From contig JBBISH010000016.1 of assembly GCA_037441385.1 (NCBI GenBank), positions 1 through 64,000 of the forward strand: a DNA stretch of 64,000 nt, in the 5' to 3' direction. The position numbers and the translations under genes are program-made. The notes beneath the pieces were generated by a model. It made no database searches, was not told the origin of the DNA, and saw only the letters and a list, made by a program, of their open reading frames with translations. This document shows, piece after piece, positions 62,946 to 64,000 of the stretch; position 1 is the first letter of the stretch; each line of letters starts with the position of its first letter. The DNA comes from Myxococcales bacterium (GTDB lineage: Bacteria > Myxococcota_A > UBA9042).

Positions 62946-64000
62946 TTATTGGCTGCGGGCGCGGGCCATCTCGGCCGTGCGCACTTTGAGGGCCTTCAGC
63001 GTGCGGAGGGTGGCGCCCAGGCCGCCGCTGCGCTGGCGATCGATGACCGCCTTCATCAGGTCGACCATCGCGGGGCCGTAGGGGTACCACCACGCCTCGA
63101 TGGCGGTGGCCTTGTCGATCACGATGAGGTGCGGCCGCGTCAGGTGTTCCAGGGCCTCGGGCGAATTGGTCACGCCGGTGCCCGAGTCGCCAAGCCCCAC
63201 CCACGGCAGGTCGGGCAAGGCCCCAGTAAAGCTGTGGTTGTTGACCCAGACCATGCCCGAACGGACTTGGCGAGCCACGCGCTCGGCGCGCTGCAGATCG
63301 CTGCCCCACACCGATGCGCCCAGACCGTAGCGGCTGTCGTTGGCCAGCGCGATCAACTCCGCATCGTCTTTGGCGATCGCCAGCACGGCGATGGGGCCAA
63401 AGCTCTCGTCCTTCCACGCGGGAGCGTCGCGCCCAACTTCGGCAAGCAACAGCGGCGGCAAGGGCCGTTCTGGCGCCGTCAGTTCACCGGTGAGCAGCTT
63501 GCCTCCGCGGGCCAGTGCGTCGCGGACGTGCTCTTCCACGATCCTGCGCTGCGCCGGGGTCACCAGCTCGGGCACGTCGGCCGCGGCCCGCTCCAGCTCG
63601 CGCACCAAGGCCGGCACGAAGCGATCCGCGATGGCCGAGTGCACGGCGACTCGCTCAATTCCCGAGCAATTCTGACCAGCGTTGGTCAGGATGCCCCAGG
63701 CCACGCCCGCCGCGCTGCGTTCGATCTCCGCGTCGTCCAGCACGATCGCGCAGTCCTTGCCGCCCAGCTCCAGGTCGCACGGAATACCGCGCTCGGCACA
63801 CGCCACTGCCACCTTGCGGCCCGTGCGCGTCGAGCCCGTGAACACCACTTGGTCGGGCCCCGCTTCCACCAGCGCGGCCCCCAGGGCGCCATCGCCCTCG
63901 GCCACTTGGATCACGTCGCCCAGCACCCCGCGCAGGGCGTCCACCAGCCAGCGGCCCGTGCCGGGCGTGATCTCGCTGGGCTTCAGTACCACCGCGTTTC
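62946..64000 (-). CDS. Aldehyde dehydrogenase family protein, 5' part outside the window
   Basis: VLKPSE, FTGS, LELGGKD, NAGQNCS, ESFGP. Confidence 0.93.
   Translation of the reverse strand, partial: NAVVLKPSEITPGTGRWLVDALRGVLGDVIQVAEGDGALGAALVEAGPDQVVFTGSTRTGRKVAVACAERGIPCDLELGGKDCAIVLDDAEIERSAAGVAWGILTNAGQNCSGIERVAVHSAIADRFVPALVRELERAAADVPELVTPAQRRIVEEHVRDALARGGKLLTGELTAPERPLPPLLLAEVGRDAPAWKDESFGPIAVLAIAKDDAELIALANDSRYGLGASVWGSDLQRAERVARQVRSGMVWVNNHSFTGALPDLPWVGLGDSGTGVTNSPEALEHLTRPHLIVIDKATAIEAWWYPYGPAMVDLMKAVIDRQRSGGLGATLRTLKALKVRTAEMARARSQ

Overview
High-GC chromosomal core region. The 16S sequence and gene content suggest a Myxococcota/deltaproteobacterial organism (inference). It holds a complete rRNA operon (16S, tRNA-Ile, tRNA-Ala, 23S, 5S) behind three tandem sigma70-type promoters. 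Housekeeping genes include glnS fused to a Yqey-like domain, mutL-miaA, argD, mtnA, an aroK-aroB fusion, dnaG-rpoD-tRNA(CAT) and rnhA. There are many envelope proteins: lipoproteins, Slt, OmpA/TSP3, a DsbA-like protein, two GT-C-like glycosyltransferases and a UbiA-family enzyme. A type IV pilus pilMNOPQ operon is also present. The most striking feature is a 2374-aa PilQ secretin. About 1620 proline-free, coiled-coil-like residues, containing six diverged ~199-aa repeats, sit between its two AMIN domains, and PilN and PilO also carry extensions. Other oddities are a 904-aa RpoD with a ~540-aa non-conserved region, a ~670-nt dnaG leader containing a structured RNA candidate and a 6x17-bp tandem repeat, a receiver-like insert in a 1370-aa GT-C protein, and a zinc-ribbon RNase HI. 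No transposase, integrase, prophage or CRISPR array was seen. All calls are by eye, without database searches.
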